From Moniliella sp. 'wahieum' (lineage: Eukaryota): 64,000 nt of DNA. Positions 36,131 to 49,627 of the stretch are shown here, in pieces (position 1 is the first letter of the stretch; each line of letters opens with the position of its first letter). The stretch spans positions 124,001-188,000 of the forward strand of contig RSEE01000021.1 of the NCBI GenBank assembly GCA_003971905.1, written 5' to 3'. A program made the translations under genes and the position numbers. The notes under the pieces were generated by a model. The model was not told the origin of the DNA, did not search any database, and saw only the letters and a list, made by a program, of their open reading frames with translations.

Positions 36131-38272
36131 CGGTTCATGAGTCCATCAGTTCATGAGTTCGTGAAGAGTCAAGACGGGGTTTTCTACCGCCACCGTTCCC
36201 GAGTCTTACTGTTGGGATATAGAAGGGGCCTGTTATACAGGAAGAATGAGAGGAAGCAGGGATTGGAGCTGGAGCCAGAGTTGGGTTTGGGGGCGCACAA
36301 GGATAACGGGAGGATGAACAGGACACAACGTTGATGAGAGGCACCCGGGAGGGTATGGAAAGAGAGCGAGAAGGATAGGGCGGCGGCTTATACACATAAT
36401 AGCTGACCGTGAAGCAAAGGAAGCGCCCGGGTGGATGAGAAGGGTTTATGAAACGAACACTGCAAGAGGGGTGCTTGATAGAAGCATTACCCCAACAATC
36501 CCCCCTAGGGAAGTATTATGCTCTGCTGTTTGTCTTCGTCTTAAATCCGTTGTCTTGACTGTCCCGACTCAGCCTTAAGTGACCAGCTCTTTTGACCTCC
36601 CAGTATCCCCTCCACCCGCTACTTCTTCTTCAAAAAAGTCCAGCATCAAGTATCCTCCGTGCGGATTTCGCTGAGATCCACGGAGTCGAGTCAGTAGTTA
36701 TTGCAGTGACAGGACTTGTCCGACTCTGTGGATGCCTGCCTCATCGTCCTCCTACTCACTGGTCAACCTTTCAGGCCCAGAGACAACACATGCAGATATG
36801 CGATAATCGATAATCTTGCCCATTCCAGCGCATACGTACCATTGTCGTGCGAGTCGACGTCCCCATTAAGTGGACATCAGTCCTCACCTCGGTTCTAGTT
36901 CCGTTGGATCCGCATCAGGGTCGATAACAAGGGCAAGTTGACTGTATGGGTATGGTGCTGCACTGGGGAGTATTAGTGGGTACTATACCGGTAGCCCCCA
37001 AAGAAGCCCGATTCCCTTAGTTTCACTTAGTAGGTGTATTATGCCCGTCGATATTTCTTTCTGGAGGACAGGAGCGATCTCTATAACCGATAGCATCCTC
37101 TACCTCATCCCTTGGACAATGCGATACACTATCAACTGCATGCTAATCTCTGGGTTTTCGCATATGGTCTCTTTCTCCTCCATGCCAAAGCATCGCTAAG
37201 CCGGGCCCTGTTCCGGCATCCGCCTTTGATAAATGAGATATGACCTGAATGACTAATGCACCTTGGCAGAATTGCATAATCGCCATTATGTAGATTGCGC
37301 ACAACGGCCAGTTGTAATTGAGGAGAGATCTCGAGACGGCGTCGATCCTCTATCAAAACTGTACTCAACCAACATATCTATACTCTCTCCATCGTCGCCG
37401 CAGCGAAGTAGAGAGTAGTAACGCAGCTATCAAATGAAAGCTTATTTTAAAGAGAAGGATACATGATGGTGATGAAGGCAGAGCGTCGCGTGTGGATGTG
37501 TGCAACGGTTGAAGCGGTTGAAGGGAGGGAAGTTGGTGATGATGCAATCAGTGTGGATGTCAGACACAGCCGGACAGAAAACGCGGGGTCTATCTGCCGA
37601 TCATTCGCTCAATCTATCTATTCCTTCACCGGGATGGGTTCCTCTTGGCACGCTGAGGCCTGAGGACGGGATCAACCCCGCCGCTGCCGCGCGGCTGGCT
37701 GAGGGGAGGGGGCGCAGGATTCTGGAAGTGCAGTGTGGCGTTGCCAGATTGCTGTCAGTCCTGAGACCCAATTGAGCGTACGTTGAGTGCTGAGTGAGAG
37801 TGCTGAGCGCGCTGAGCGCCTGGGCGCCTGAGCGTTGCTTGAGAGGGTGGAGTGTGGAGTGGAGTACTCGGAGGTGAGTTCGGGGCTGAGATCTGAGACG
37901 TAGGATATCCCCAGTCAGAGTCATCCTGCTAGCCTGTGCTCGGTGAGGCTGACGTACGAATCAACAAAGCGCACTCTATTCTGCTCTGCTGTTCCGATGC
38001 GGGGGCCTGCGCCGTACGCGACACAATCGAAACGAGATCATCGTTCATCGAGTTCATCGTTCACCGCAGGCGCTCCGAGCCGCTCCCCCTTCGGAGCCTC
38101 GGGGTGATCCCGAGACGGCGGCAAGGGAGCGACGAGCAAAAACGATGGGACGGGCCAAGCTGGGCTGGGGGGTGCCCTGATAGGCGTCTCGGCAGGGGAG
38201 AAGACGGGAGACGGCGGGGCAGCGCCAGGGCGCAGGGCGGCAGGGCGGCAGGGCTGCAGCGCGGGCTTGGCT

Positions 38273-38633
38273 CTTATCGATTATCGTTTATCTGAGCCAG
38301 GCGCCGCTGGCTCGGAACAGACCCCGTGCGGGCGCAGCGCCACGGCGCTCTGCGAGCAGCCGCGCGGGCCATGCGGGCAGTGCAGACGCAGCCGCGCACA
38401 CAGGCAGGGCGCCAGCCTGCGCCAGCGCGTAGGTCGCCGTCATGCATGATGCGTGAGTTTATCGTTTATCTGCCTTGTCCCGCGCTCGCTCTGGTGCATG
38501 TGAGCACTGAGCCGCTGCCCGCAGCACGCCGCTGTGCGCGCCTCTTGTGCCGTGCTGGGCGAACAACCCCTCGACGCAGCACATGGCTGCGTTCGGGGCA
38601 CAGCGCCAGTGCGTCCGCCGTACGCCGTTTATC
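38273..38633. promoter_or_regulatory. Cluster of six GATAA (TTATC) sites, candidate nitrogen-regulation element
   Basis: TTATC at about 38274, 38281, 38288, 38459, 38466 and 38629, 440-800 bp upstream of the NCS1 permease. Confidence 0.55.
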
Positions 38634-39070
38634 AGCCGCAGGCCGCGTGACTAGTGACGAGTGGCTGGTACCTGAGCCAGGCCCGACACAGCGGCCGCAG
38701 GCTGTGGGGCGCACTGAATTGTTCCATCCAGTTTTCCACCCGCACGCAGCCAGCACCAACTCCTCACCCACCCGCCCTGCTCCTGTTCCTGCGCCCCCCT
38801 CCCTCTGGCCCAGCTACGCTGTCACCCGTCACATCATGCGGCAGCTCCTAAGACCCTGCCGCACCAGCCCACTCCTGTGCCCACGCAGTACACCCGTATT
38901 CACTTCATCGAACCCACATCATTAAAAAGGTGCCCTAAGCCTGCGATTTCCCGCCTCGCCGAGCCGCCTTTCGACCCTCCTGTCTCCCCCCCCTATCCTC
39001 CCTCCATCCATCCTCCCGCCGCGTATCCACACACGCAGCATCTACACCTCGCTTCCTCTCGTCCTACGCC

Positions 39071-40757
39071 ATGAGTCTGACCTCGTCCGACATTGAGAAG
39101 GCGGCGGTACCCGCCACCGCTTTCCCGTCCGACCCCAAGGCGCCCTTTGATTCCGACGAGAAGCATGATCTTCACGACCAGATCGACGTTGCGTCCTACC
39201 TCAATCCCGCCGACGAAGAAGAGGACCCGGACAATGCCACGCGCGAGATCCATTTGCCAGACAACGGCTTTGGGCGCTTCCTCAAGTCGGTGGGCCGTGG
39301 CAACCGCAGGCTGGAAAAGCTGATTGGGATTGAGGCGCGTGGGATTCAGCGTGTCAAGCCCAACGAACGCACCGATACCCACGTGTATGGCAACCTGATG
39401 GTCTGGCTTGCTGCCAATTGCTGTCTTCCCACTGTCTCCATTGGCGTCCTGGGGCCCTTGACATTTGGGCTGCATCTTGGCGACTGCCTTTTGACCGTTG
39501 CCTTTTTCTGCATCTTTGCTGCGTGCTTCCCGGCGTTCTGTGCCACGTTTGGCCCGAGGCTCGGGTTGCGCCAGATGACATCGTCTCGGTACGCATGGGG
39601 GTACTATGGTGCCAAGTGGGTTGCCTTGCTCAACTGCATGGCCTGTGTCGGTTGGTCCATTAGCAACACCATTTCCGGCGCTCAAACGCTGTCTGCGGTG
39701 GCGGACTTCAAAGGTGCCTTTACGTCGGGCGCGGTGGGTGTGGTGATCATTGCAATCATTACGCTCTTTGTGGGTCTGTTTGGGTACCGCATGGTGCACT
39801 GGTACGAGCAGATTGCGTGGATTCCCACTGCCATCTCCTTCCTCGTCATGCTCGGCGTCAGCGCCAAGCACTTTGTTCCAACCGATGGAAACCGGCTCGG
39901 CTGAGGCCGGGGCGGTGCTGAGTTTTGGCGGGACAATTTGGGGCTTTGTGATTGGCTGGGTCTCTCTCGCGTCGGACTACAATGTCTACATGCCGGAAAA
40001 CGCGTCGCGGAAAAAGGTCTTCTTGTACACCTACTGTGGCGTTGTGGTGCCCTGCATTCTCCTCATGTGGCTGGGCAGTGCAATTGCCAGTGCCGCGCTC
40101 AGTGCCGCCGACGCGGACGGTAACATTCTCCCGAATGCCAACCCGGTCCTGGCCAAGTGGTACCTCGGGTACCAAGAACACGAACTGGGAGGTCTTTTGC
40201 GGGCTGTCTTGGTGGGCCCCATGGGTGGTGGCGGCAAGTTCTTCATGGTTCTTCTCGTCCTTTCCGTCGTGGCCAACAACATTGTCAATGTCTACTCCAT
40301 GGGCCTGTCCATCTCGGTCATTTCCCACTACCTCGCTGCCATGCCACGCTTGATCTGGCCCGTGGTCGTCACTGCGATCTACATCCCTCTCGCCATTGTT
40401 GGATACAACTCGTTTGCCTCGTCGCTGGAAGACTTTATGTCAATTTTGGGCTACTGGCTTGCGATCTTTGTCACGGTGCTGTTGGAAGAACACTTTATCT
40501 TCCGCAAGCACGACTTTGCCAACTATCACGTCGAAAACACATGGAACAACAAGCGTAAGCTGCCCATGGGTTGGGGTGCCTTGGGCGCCTTCTGCTTTGG
40601 CGCTGCCGGCGTCGCGGTGGGCATGGACCAAGTCTGGTATACCGGACCGATCGCCAAGACATTTGGCGGTGACATTGGTTTCGAGCTGGCCTCGGGATTT
40701 GCTGGCTTGGCCTTCCCCGTGTTCCGCACCTTGGAGATCAAGTTCCTTGGGCGGTAA
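39071..40757 (+). CDS. Purine-cytosine permease (NCS1 family, Fcy2-like); one frameshift near 39880
   Basis: GIEARGIQRV, WLAANC, FGPRLGLRQM..SRYAWGYYG, GWVSLASDY, NNIVNVYSMGLS, LEDFMSILGYW, GMDQVWYTGPIA..GDIGFEL. Confidence 0.95.
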
Positions 40758-41696
40758 AAAAAGCTTGGTCTTCAACCCCCCTCGTTGAACGCGTTTCGGG
40801 GCACGGGTGTCTGCAGGCAGACATTGATCTCTTCCCCAAGATCTCGTGGGACTCAGAATGTGCATATTGTACAGAACTTTGTTGTGCCTAGCGGAACGAT
40901 GAAACAACGCGCGGTGACCCCTTCCTCCCCTTCTCTCGTTCCCATCTTCTGTTCGCTGCAGCAGGACTTTTCTTCACTCCACGATGTATATGAGCCCTCT
41001 TTCATCCCATATTATCCCCGATGATGAGCCTCTCTATCTATACTGCAGGTATCCATGCCGTCATCTTTCTCCCACACTACTAGCTGCGCCAAATAATAGC
41101 AAATGATAGACACCCATGGACAGTGGAAGGAAGAATGTTGGATGGATGTTGGCCAAAAAGAGAAAATCGGCATCATCGATCATCCTCGCTTCCTGCTTTC
41201 CAAGCCAATGCCTTCCGTACTCTTTGGAGTGCTTGAGGTGGGAACAAGAAAGGCGTCCCGTTGGCAGGGGAAGACGTCCGGCAGGCAGACCCACTCGAGC
41301 TTGTTCTTTTTCTCCATATGGCAGTGTGGCCGACGTGTTACAGACGAGAAGCTGGGGCCGTGAGAACCATTTGTATACCTGTCACGGGCCTATAGCCTGC
41401 AGTGATGTTATAGTGGTAGACAATCACTGCGGACAAGATATTCCCGAGGCAAGGAGAGCAGAAGACCAACATGATAGAACTATGGGTTGTGGAAGGCTCC
41501 GAAGTTGGACGAATGCGTGCCTGGCTCCCGCCCCGACCTGCGCAGATGTCCTCGCCGAGATTGACGTTCTCCTGGTGCGAACAAATTTGGGGAGACGAGG
41601 ATCCCTGGATCGGGGGAGTATATACCTGTGTGCGACGGACCCCTTAGCTAATTAAATAAACCCTCTGACTGCTGTTGTATGACTTTTGTGACACAA

Positions 41697-41784
41697 GCAT
41701 CCTTAGCTCAGTGGTAGAGTGTTACTTTCCGGCTTTGCCCGAAAGTCATGGTAATGGTCGTCGGTTCGACCCCGGCAGGATTCG
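41697..41784 (+). tRNA. tRNA-Arg(CCG) with 16-nt intron (41733-41748)
   Basis: GCATCCT/AGGATTC acceptor, A-box TAGCTCAGTGG, anticodon stem TTACT/GGTAA, loop TT-CCG-G|T, B-box GGTTCGACCC, G73, TTTTT terminator immediately downstream. Confidence 0.8.
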
Positions 41785-42459
41785 CTTTTTGCCGGCCGCT
41801 CGTGGATGATGTTTCTTGTTTGCCACAAGCCCGTCGGTCAAGCTACAGCGACTCCAGTGCCCATTGCGTCCATCCTCCCACCGCTTTCACCGCATACGCC
41901 GTTTGAGATCGACGAGACAGGGAGGGGGAACCATGTCCTTTCCTCCGTTCTTCTACGCTATGACCATCAGCACCACTGACACTGGTACCGTAACCTCTTG
42001 TGTCGTTTGGGCTGATTGCACGTCCCTCCTACTGGGTAACAGTCGCGGGGCAATAGACACAACAACAACAAAGCAACCTAGTAACTTTATCCACTGGTGG
42101 ACACGGCCCCCGTCCGTTCGCACCCTGGTTGCGCGTGAGAGACACATTCCATTTCGGCTCTCAGGACACGCGATGCCTAGGCAGGGCCAACCGTTGTCTT
42201 TCCCACGCCGCCTTCTCTGCGCCGCCTACGGGAGAGACGGATGCGACGAGGAAGAAGCGAACAGATGGTTCGCGCGCCCTCGCCTCTCGCCCTACGTCGT
42301 GTCACCAGGCCAGGTGAGAAGTGTGGATCGTAGCTGGTCACGCGAGGGGGATTCGGTTGGATTTGGGATTGGGGGGCGGCGCGCAGCCATCAATGGATTA
42401 CGTTGTGAACCTTGGCAGGGGGGGGGTGATCGATGAAAGTAGATCGGAGGCGAAAGGAA

Positions 42460-43784
42460 TCAAGGGGTTGACTGGATGGGGAGGGATTCAAAGGAGGCGA
42501 CGCGTGTGTGCCCGGGCGGGTTACGAGTCGGCACCGAGTGCTTGGGCAATATCCTTTTCGCTGTACGCGGGGGGGCGTCCGTGGGGCAGCGGAGCGGAGG
42601 AGGCGGGGGCAGGAGTCGAAGGAGGCCGATGGGTGAGGTCCCCAGCACCGCCGTCCTTCTCAACGGTTGTGGACTCGTGCCATCCCGTGGCCAGCGCGCC
42701 GGCTGCCGTGGTCGAGGAAGAAGAAGAAGAGGGAGGGGCAAGCGGGGGTGGGTGCGTGTTGATGTTGGGCTACTGCATGCTGACGCTTTTCCAAGTCGTG
42801 CGCCAGCATGGCCGCTCCGACGCGGTTGGAGATGCTCAAGGCAATGCCTAGGAGCGGAATGCGTTCCAGAAACGCGCACATGAACCCGAAACTGCTCAGG
42901 GACCTCCTGCGCTCGGTGAGGAAGAGTTCGACCTGCGTCTTGGTCATTTTTTCTGTGCGAAAAAGGGCGTGAGCAGTTGCTGGGCATAGGAGGCCGATTG
43001 AAAGTACGACGAGACGGCCATGGAGAGACAGGGAATAAAGTCCAACGGCAAGAGAATGACTGTGGAACGACCGACGAACCGACGCATCGCATATACCCTG
43101 GTTAGTTATGAATCCGAAGATGCCCTGCCCAACTGATCTTGCCCAACCCACCAAAAGGCATTCTATCATGGACACCGTTCCTGCTTGGGTAGGGCAAGAA
43201 CAACACGAGCTCAGGAGAAAAAACGTACAACGGACAAAGACGCGCTGGAACAGCTTGTTCTGCAACCGGTTCGACAATGGTTGCTTGGCAAACAAGGCCT
43301 GAGCCTCGGCCAGAGGCGGGTTGGCCCATTCTTCCACGTAGGGAATCCACCACGTCGTCGCATACCCGCGCGAAGCTACTGTCGCACCGTACGCCTCGGT
43401 ACGGAATTGGCGTAGCCGACGGCCCATGACCAGTTCCAGGATGGTCTGGCATTGGCCCAAGAGGAAGAGGAAGGCGGCAAAGGTGGTGAGGGAAGGCAGC
43501 GGGAGGATCTGGGCATGGTCCTCTGCGTCATCCTCAGCATGGACAAAGAGATAATACAGCCCGCGCATGCCCAGCACACGAGCGCTGCCGTGCATAAAGT
43601 GGTTGACGAGGAACTTTTGCACGGGCCACGTCACCAACGCCCAGATCGACGCGACCACCGCACCCCGCCGCAGTAAGGGCTGGATGGAGGTCCACATGGG
43701 CTGCCACAGCGTCGGATCGTGCGCCAAGCGATACGCTCCGACAAAGGGGTAGACCGCAGGGATGTGAAGGAATTCTTGGGGCAT
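42460..43784 (-). CDS. EI24/Rrt8/Lds-like membrane protein (one intron near 43228-43060)
   Basis: YPFVGAYRLAHDPTLW; AYGATVASRG..WxPYVEEW; FGFMCAFLERIPLLGIALSISNRVGAAMLAHDLEKRQH. 3' end approximate. Confidence 0.78.
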
Positions 43785-44719
43785 CCTGGGATATGCTCTT
43801 GGTGGTCTTTGCCACAGTTGGCTTGGGAGCAAAAAGCAACAGGGGTTAAGGGGGTGGGGGCAAGGACAGCGGGAATTTAGGGAGGGTAGGAGGTAATAAG
43901 CAACAGAAATCCACTGCGCTGTCCACGACGAGAGTCTCTTGCGTATACAATTGCGTTCAAGTTATTGTGTCCCGCGAGAAGAAAACCCACAGTCATTATA
44001 GGCGAGAGACAAAGGTAATATAGGATGTGCCTGCCGGCCTGCCGGCCTGCCGTGTCTGTGCCACCGGACGAGTGTGTTTCTGTTGCGTTTTTGGTGGCAG
44101 TGCGCGCGGGCACGGCGAAGGCAGGGGTTGCGCTGGCGGGGCGGGACAGAGGACAGCGTAGCGCTCACTATAATAGTAGGTACCTACTTTACTGGTCTTG
44201 AGATGCAGATGGCTGTGCCCTCGGCCAAATCTACGTAGACCAGGCTGCTAGTCCGCGGACGTGCGCGGCCTGCGCGCCGTTGGACCGGCCGGCGGATGGA
44301 GCTGCTCGCCCGCTGAGGGCGCTGAGGATCCAAACAAGTTTCAAGCTCCCAGCATCGACATCGAACATCCCGTGCTTTCGTCCCACACTCGCCACGACAT
44401 GGTGTCACGTTGTAGTGCTTGAGATCTCAGTCTGAGATCAGCGCTCAGCTTGGGAGGGTTGCAAGCGCGCCGTGCAGGTTACATGTTACGTTGTTACCAC
44501 CGCATACGGATCAAGGGGGTTGCGAGCTCCATTGGCATGTTCGGCGCACTACGTCACCAACCGCATAGCCCCTCTCAGATCTCGCGTCTAACGCGTTACG
44601 CGCGTTACGCCGCTCCATTCAGACGTTCCGATCTTGCAATCAACCCTATGTCATGCTCTGCTTATGCGCCACAAGGTGGTGAGCTGGAGAATGGGGAGCT
44701 GGGATTGGCAGACCAAACG

Positions 44720-44900
44720 AGAAGGAAAAGGAAAGGGAAAGGGAAAGGAAAGGAAAGAGTAAAGGAAAGAGGAAAGAGGAAAGGAAAGAGGAGAGAGGAT
44801 AGGAAAAAGGATAGGATCGCATAAGGAAGGATAAGATAGGAGAGAGGATCGGAGGATCGGATAGGATAGGATAGGATAGGATAAGACAGGATAGGCAGAG
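44720..44900. repeat. Polypurine tract and (GATAG)n microsatellite
   Basis: GGAAAA/GGGAAA runs followed by GGATAGGATAGGATAGG arrays. Confidence 0.9.
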
Positions 44901-47900
44901 GGGGTATGGTATGGTCCCCGGCCCAGCCTGCCCGCGCACTCCGGCGCAGCGCCCAGATCGAGGACCCAGGAACGACGAACGAGGAAGCAACGTCCAACCC
45001 GCCCGCGCTTTTCTCGTGCGCGTCCTTCGTCGCCCAGCGGGGCGCGGGGACGCGGACCACGAGACTTGGTACGCAGGGACGCAGGGACGCGAACCACGAG
45101 ACCTGGTACGCAGCGAGCAGCAGCGACACAGTCGTTACCAGAACGTCGCCGCCTGGTCCGAATTGGTCGAGACGACAGGGGGAGAGCGGGTGGGCAAAGT
45201 CGCGGAACGCAGAGGGCGGTGGGGCCGGGGAAGACTGGGAGGACGGGGAGGCGGATCCAGGCGCGGCAGGGACCACGCCAGCTGCAGGAACTGTACCGCG
45301 TCAGGCGCGGCATGTGGCGCTGACTCTGACTCTGGGTCGGGATCTGGGTCTGGGTCTGGGACTGAGTCTGGGACGGGGCGGGCGCACGACCGGACGCAGC
45401 GTACGTCCAGAGCGTATCGGGGAACCGACCGGGCGGGGCCCACCGTCGATCGACGTACTTGTAGATCCAAAACAAGTCGGCTTCCCTTTGCTCGGGCGAC
45501 GGGGCCGGGGCCGGGTCGAGGTCACGTTTGCGCGCGGGAGAGGCCGCGATGCGCGGTGGCTTGAGCGCCTGCGGCGATGCGGCGACCGCCCGCGCGCAGA
45601 GAGATGGCTCGGTGCGTGCTTGACCCGACTGAGGACGCGGGCGGGCGCACGGCAAAGCCGCTCCCAAGCGCCGGTAGCACGTTGGACCCTCCCCCGAGCT
45701 ATGTGCCGCTCCTGGCCCAGGCACAGGCACCGGTACCGCCACCGGCGCTGGCGCCGGCGCCGGCTCCTGCTCCTCCGCGTCAAAGAAAGGTTCGTCGATC
45801 GAGGACCGGTCACCGCCCTCTTTCACCACCCGGTCGAGGTGACGCGGATGCAGATGCTGAAGGTGCTGCACGACAGCCTGGTGCGCCCGGTGCGCATGGT
45901 TGGACCGATGCGAGCTCTTGTGGTTCAGTGCCTGCGGTTCCAGCGTTGTTGCCAGGGGTGAGGTGGGCACCGATCCGCCAAGCGGACTGGTTGTGCCCGA
46001 CGTGGACGGGGAGGTGGAGCCACCGCCCAGGGCGGAAGGCGCGACAACGGGGTGAGAGCTCATCGCCTGCGACACTACACTCGTGCATTGGCAGAAGGCG
46101 CATGCCTTACAAACTGGGGCGGCAGCGCATACTCCCAGTACGCGTTGGCGCGCACATTGCCCCAATCCCGTGCCGCCGCCGCCTGTGGCTCGGTCCAGGC
46201 GTCCAAGTCGAGACTCTTGACCTTACTCACATGCACACCCAGCGCACGGTGCACAGAGGTGCACTGGATACAGAGAAAGATGCAACAAGGCTGCTCAAAT
46301 AGCGACCACGAAGCCCAGCGCGGATCTGAAAAGTAAGGGAACGCGAGCTCGGGTTAGCATCCACCCCAGTAGGAGCAGGGCAACGGAGGGGGGGGGGGGG
46401 CACGTACTAGGGGCTTGGCAATCGGCACAAAGTCGGTTTTCAGGCAACTGGGCCAGCGCCCTTACTTCCGCAGCGTAGTCCACCGGGGGTGGAGGCGTTG
46501 AATTCGACGCTGGGACTGCGAAAGGCGGCGGAGGGGTGGGGAGGTGCGCAGTGGGGGATGCGTAAAGAGAGGACGCGGAAGGATCGATCTTGGGCTGGGG
46601 GGATACCACGGCCTCGGACGAGGGGGCCCAGTGGGAGGGCGTCGTCACCGCCATGTCCGACATGGCAGAGGGGATGCTTACGCTCGAACCGGCAGTGGCC
46701 GTTGTGGCTGGCGGCACGTCCGAGCAATGCATCACGTTGCTCGCTGAGCTCAAGCCGGTGGAAGAACGGTCGAGGCTACTTGCCAAGGAACCTGTGTGGC
46801 CCGGCCTGATCCCCAATTCCCCGTCGCCCGACTCGGAGCCATCGGTGGCACTTGTTTGGGATAGCGCTGATGCGGCGGGGACAACCGAGGCCTCGTCCAT
46901 TGGGTGCCTTCCTTCCGGGAGGGGAGGTTGAGAAGAGCATCTGCAATTCCCTCGCGAATCGCTTCAACCCACTCGGCTAAATCGGTCGCGTCGCGGGCAG
47001 TAATGAAGCGGCGGTCATTGAGTGAAACTAGCTCAAACACATGGCCCCGGGAGCGATGCGAGTGGCGCAAGAGCGACTTGGGGAAAAGCTTGGACGTATG
47101 GCCTTGATGTTGCTTCGCCGAGCCGCCGCCAGGTCGTTGGGGAACAGAGGAGACAGGATGCACCACATCCGCCAGCGGCACGGCATTCAATGATTCCTGT
47201 AGACGGCGCACTGAGGGAAAGCGTCTTGGGTTGCCCCTCACCGCCACTTGAAGGTGTCTGGTGCAATGTGTTGGAGGGAAGGTTGTGCTGACCCGGCTCC
47301 GCCAGCAGGAACACCAGGGATGCGGATGGTGGTCATGATGAGCGGCAGTTCGTCGACCAAAATGTCCTCCGTGTGTGGTGGCCTTGGGCGGTTTGGGGCC
47401 CTGCGCATGGACGCTGGTTCCCGCACGGCATTCCTCCGATCTTGCTCTGACGGGGCGCGGGCAAGACCCGTGTAAAGAAGAGTGACTCGGGGCCAGCTCC
47501 ATCCAGCAAGGGCGCCAGGCCGATTCCTTAAATAGTTCCGTCGGCCAGTCCTTGTTGCCACGAAAGGTTAAGCGGCCGTTGCCAACAGGCATGCGCATTT
47601 TACGCGAGACTTGAATCATGCCCTTTTTGGTCCCCAGTGCCTTGGGGGCACCGAGAAAGGCGCCGAGGTGGACGAGTCGGGAGTCCGACTCGAATTGGGG
47701 TGAACCAAGCGTGAGGGGGCGGAGACAACCAGGGCCTCGGGTAAAAAGTGCTCGGAAGGCCGTGGGGTGTGGAAGATGCGGGAGGGACGGGCAGAAGAGG
47801 AGGAGAAAGATCCCATTGTCGGTGGCGAAGCGGGCGTACCATTGGCCACGGCAGGGGGCCAGCGCGCAGAGGTGGTGCAGATGAGCCACCGATGCGAATG

Positions 47901-48726
47901 GGAGTTGCCGTTGACTCGGACAGACGCGGGGTGCAATCATCCGAATTGGAAGGCTGGTGATGGGCAGCTGCGCTGTGGCTGTGCGGGTGTGATGCCGAGG
48001 ACGCGCGGCGGACACGGGGGCAGCGGGGTCGCGAGAGGTGGAGGGGAGCGGGGAGAAAAGACCCAGCGCGGGACGCATATCGAGAGAGGCACGAGAGAAA
48101 AGCGAAAGGCGGAGGAGCCGGCGGTGCCGAACTCCGAGTTGCATGCGACGCGTGCGAAGGACGGCGGAGAGGAGGCGCAGACGGGCGGGCTGCTCCTTCT
48201 TGTGCGCCGCCTGCGGGATCATGCTGGCGGAGGAGGAGGACCAGGGGCGGGTGAAGAAGGGGCGCGATACGTCGGAAGAGCGGCGGAGACTGAAGCGTGC
48301 GGACGACCCACCGGGGCAGCGAGGGGGGCGGAAGCGGCGGCGGGAAGGGCGTACGATGGGCGGGAGCAGAGGCGGCTGGTGTGCACGTCGAGCTCCTCGG
48401 TGTGCTCGATGTGGGAGGACGCGGGGGGGGCCGGCGGCGCGGGTGCGAGGGGTGAAGAGGGCCAGCGACGGCGGTGGGCGGCGGGGCAGGCGTGGATCGG
48501 ATGCGGGGGAAGCAGTCGACATGGATGGGTCCAGGGCGGCGACTGGGCGGCGGGCGGGCGCGGGGACGCTGCGGGCGGAGCGGGCGGGCGGGCGCATCCT
48601 GCGGTGGTGTTGGTGTTGGTGCGGGCGGTGGCGATGGTGGCGGCGCGGGCGCGGGGGCGGCAGACCAGGGCCGGGCGCGGCGGGGTAGGCGGGGACGCTG
48701 TCGAGGCCCAGGGCGGGGGCAGACAT
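44900..48726 (-). CDS. PH + ArfGAP domain protein (centaurin/ACAP-like); intron 46407-46326; both ends approximate
   Basis: PH end HVFELVSLNDRRFITARDATDLAEWVEAIREGI; ArfGAP ENRLCADCQAP | PRWASW..IFLCIQCTSVHRALGVHVSKVKSLDLDAW..GNVRANAYWE; later FWIYKYVDRRW. Confidence 0.85.
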
Positions 48727-49311
48727 GGCCGACGCAGGAAGAGTAACGACAGGCTGCGTCCGCAGCTCTGTCTGTGTGCAGAGTGGTGGTGGGAACGCAG
48801 CCGAACGCTGCCGTGCGCCTGCCTCCACCTGCCCGAAAGCCACCGCAGCACCCGCACCGCCCCGCCCGCCCCCGTGCCGCGCCCGGCGCCCCCCCCCACG
48901 CACCGCGCCGCACTCCTGCCCCGCGCCTCCCTGCAGCTGCCTCCCTGCAGCTGCCTCCCTGCAGCGTCGGCCACGCGTGACTGTCAACGGTGGGCCGCCA
49001 ACCGGGAGGCCGTGACTGGATGCTGCTGCCAGGACCAGGAGCAGGACGTGCTGACGCGTGACGCGGGCCTGCGTGCGATCCGAGGTACGCACCTGGCGCC
49101 GCGCCCGTCTGCCAGGCTCCCGGCGGTCTGCGGCAGCCACGCCACCGCACGGCAGCGCACTGCCCTAAGGCCTGGGGGGCCGGTGGCCAGGCATCGGGCG
49201 TGAGCGCGTGAGCTGGACGCTGACGCGTGACGCGAACTCATCACACGCTCGGGGGGGTCCGCGGTCGGCCGTCGCGCGCCCAGCGGCTGACAGGCATGAC
49301 AGGCACCCGGG

Positions 49312-49364
49312 CTTGTGCTTGTGCGTGTGCGTGTGCTTGTGCTTGTGCTTGTGCTTGTGCGTGT
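49312..49364. repeat. 6-bp microsatellite (GC[T/G]TGT)n
   Basis: About 8-9 tandem GCTTGT/GCGTGT units. Confidence 0.9.
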
Positions 49365-49565
49365 GGCTCCCCGCTGCCGCCGTGCGGCAGGCGCGTGGGC
49401 CTGGCGGGGGAGCAGCGCTCAGGCTGAGCGGTGAGCGCTGGGCAGACGCGTGACGTGGTTTCTTGGTGGATTTTTCCTGGGCTGGCGCATGCAGCTTGCA
49501 CGCCGCCCAGCGCAGCCTGGCGATCGGGCAGGCTGCGTGTTCTGGGGTCTGCGTTCTGGGTGGTG

Positions 49566-49627
49566 CGTCACACGTCACACGTCACACGTCACACGTCACA
49601 CGTCACACGTCACACGTCACACGTCAC
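49566..49627. repeat. 7-bp tandem repeat (CGTCACA)x~9
   Basis: Perfect array upstream of the ArfGAP gene. Confidence 0.97.

Noticed and set aside
23560..40757. Secondary-metabolite cluster (MBOAT + secreted protein + permease)
   Set aside because: No backbone synthase or tailoring set, and the genes are functionally unrelated.
41697..41784. CGG codon reassignment suggested by the odd tRNA body
   Set aside because: CGG encodes the conserved Arg of the zinc-finger F-x-R-x-E-H-L motif (near 7048) and a basic residue in the LYRM5-like LKRYR, consistent with the standard code.
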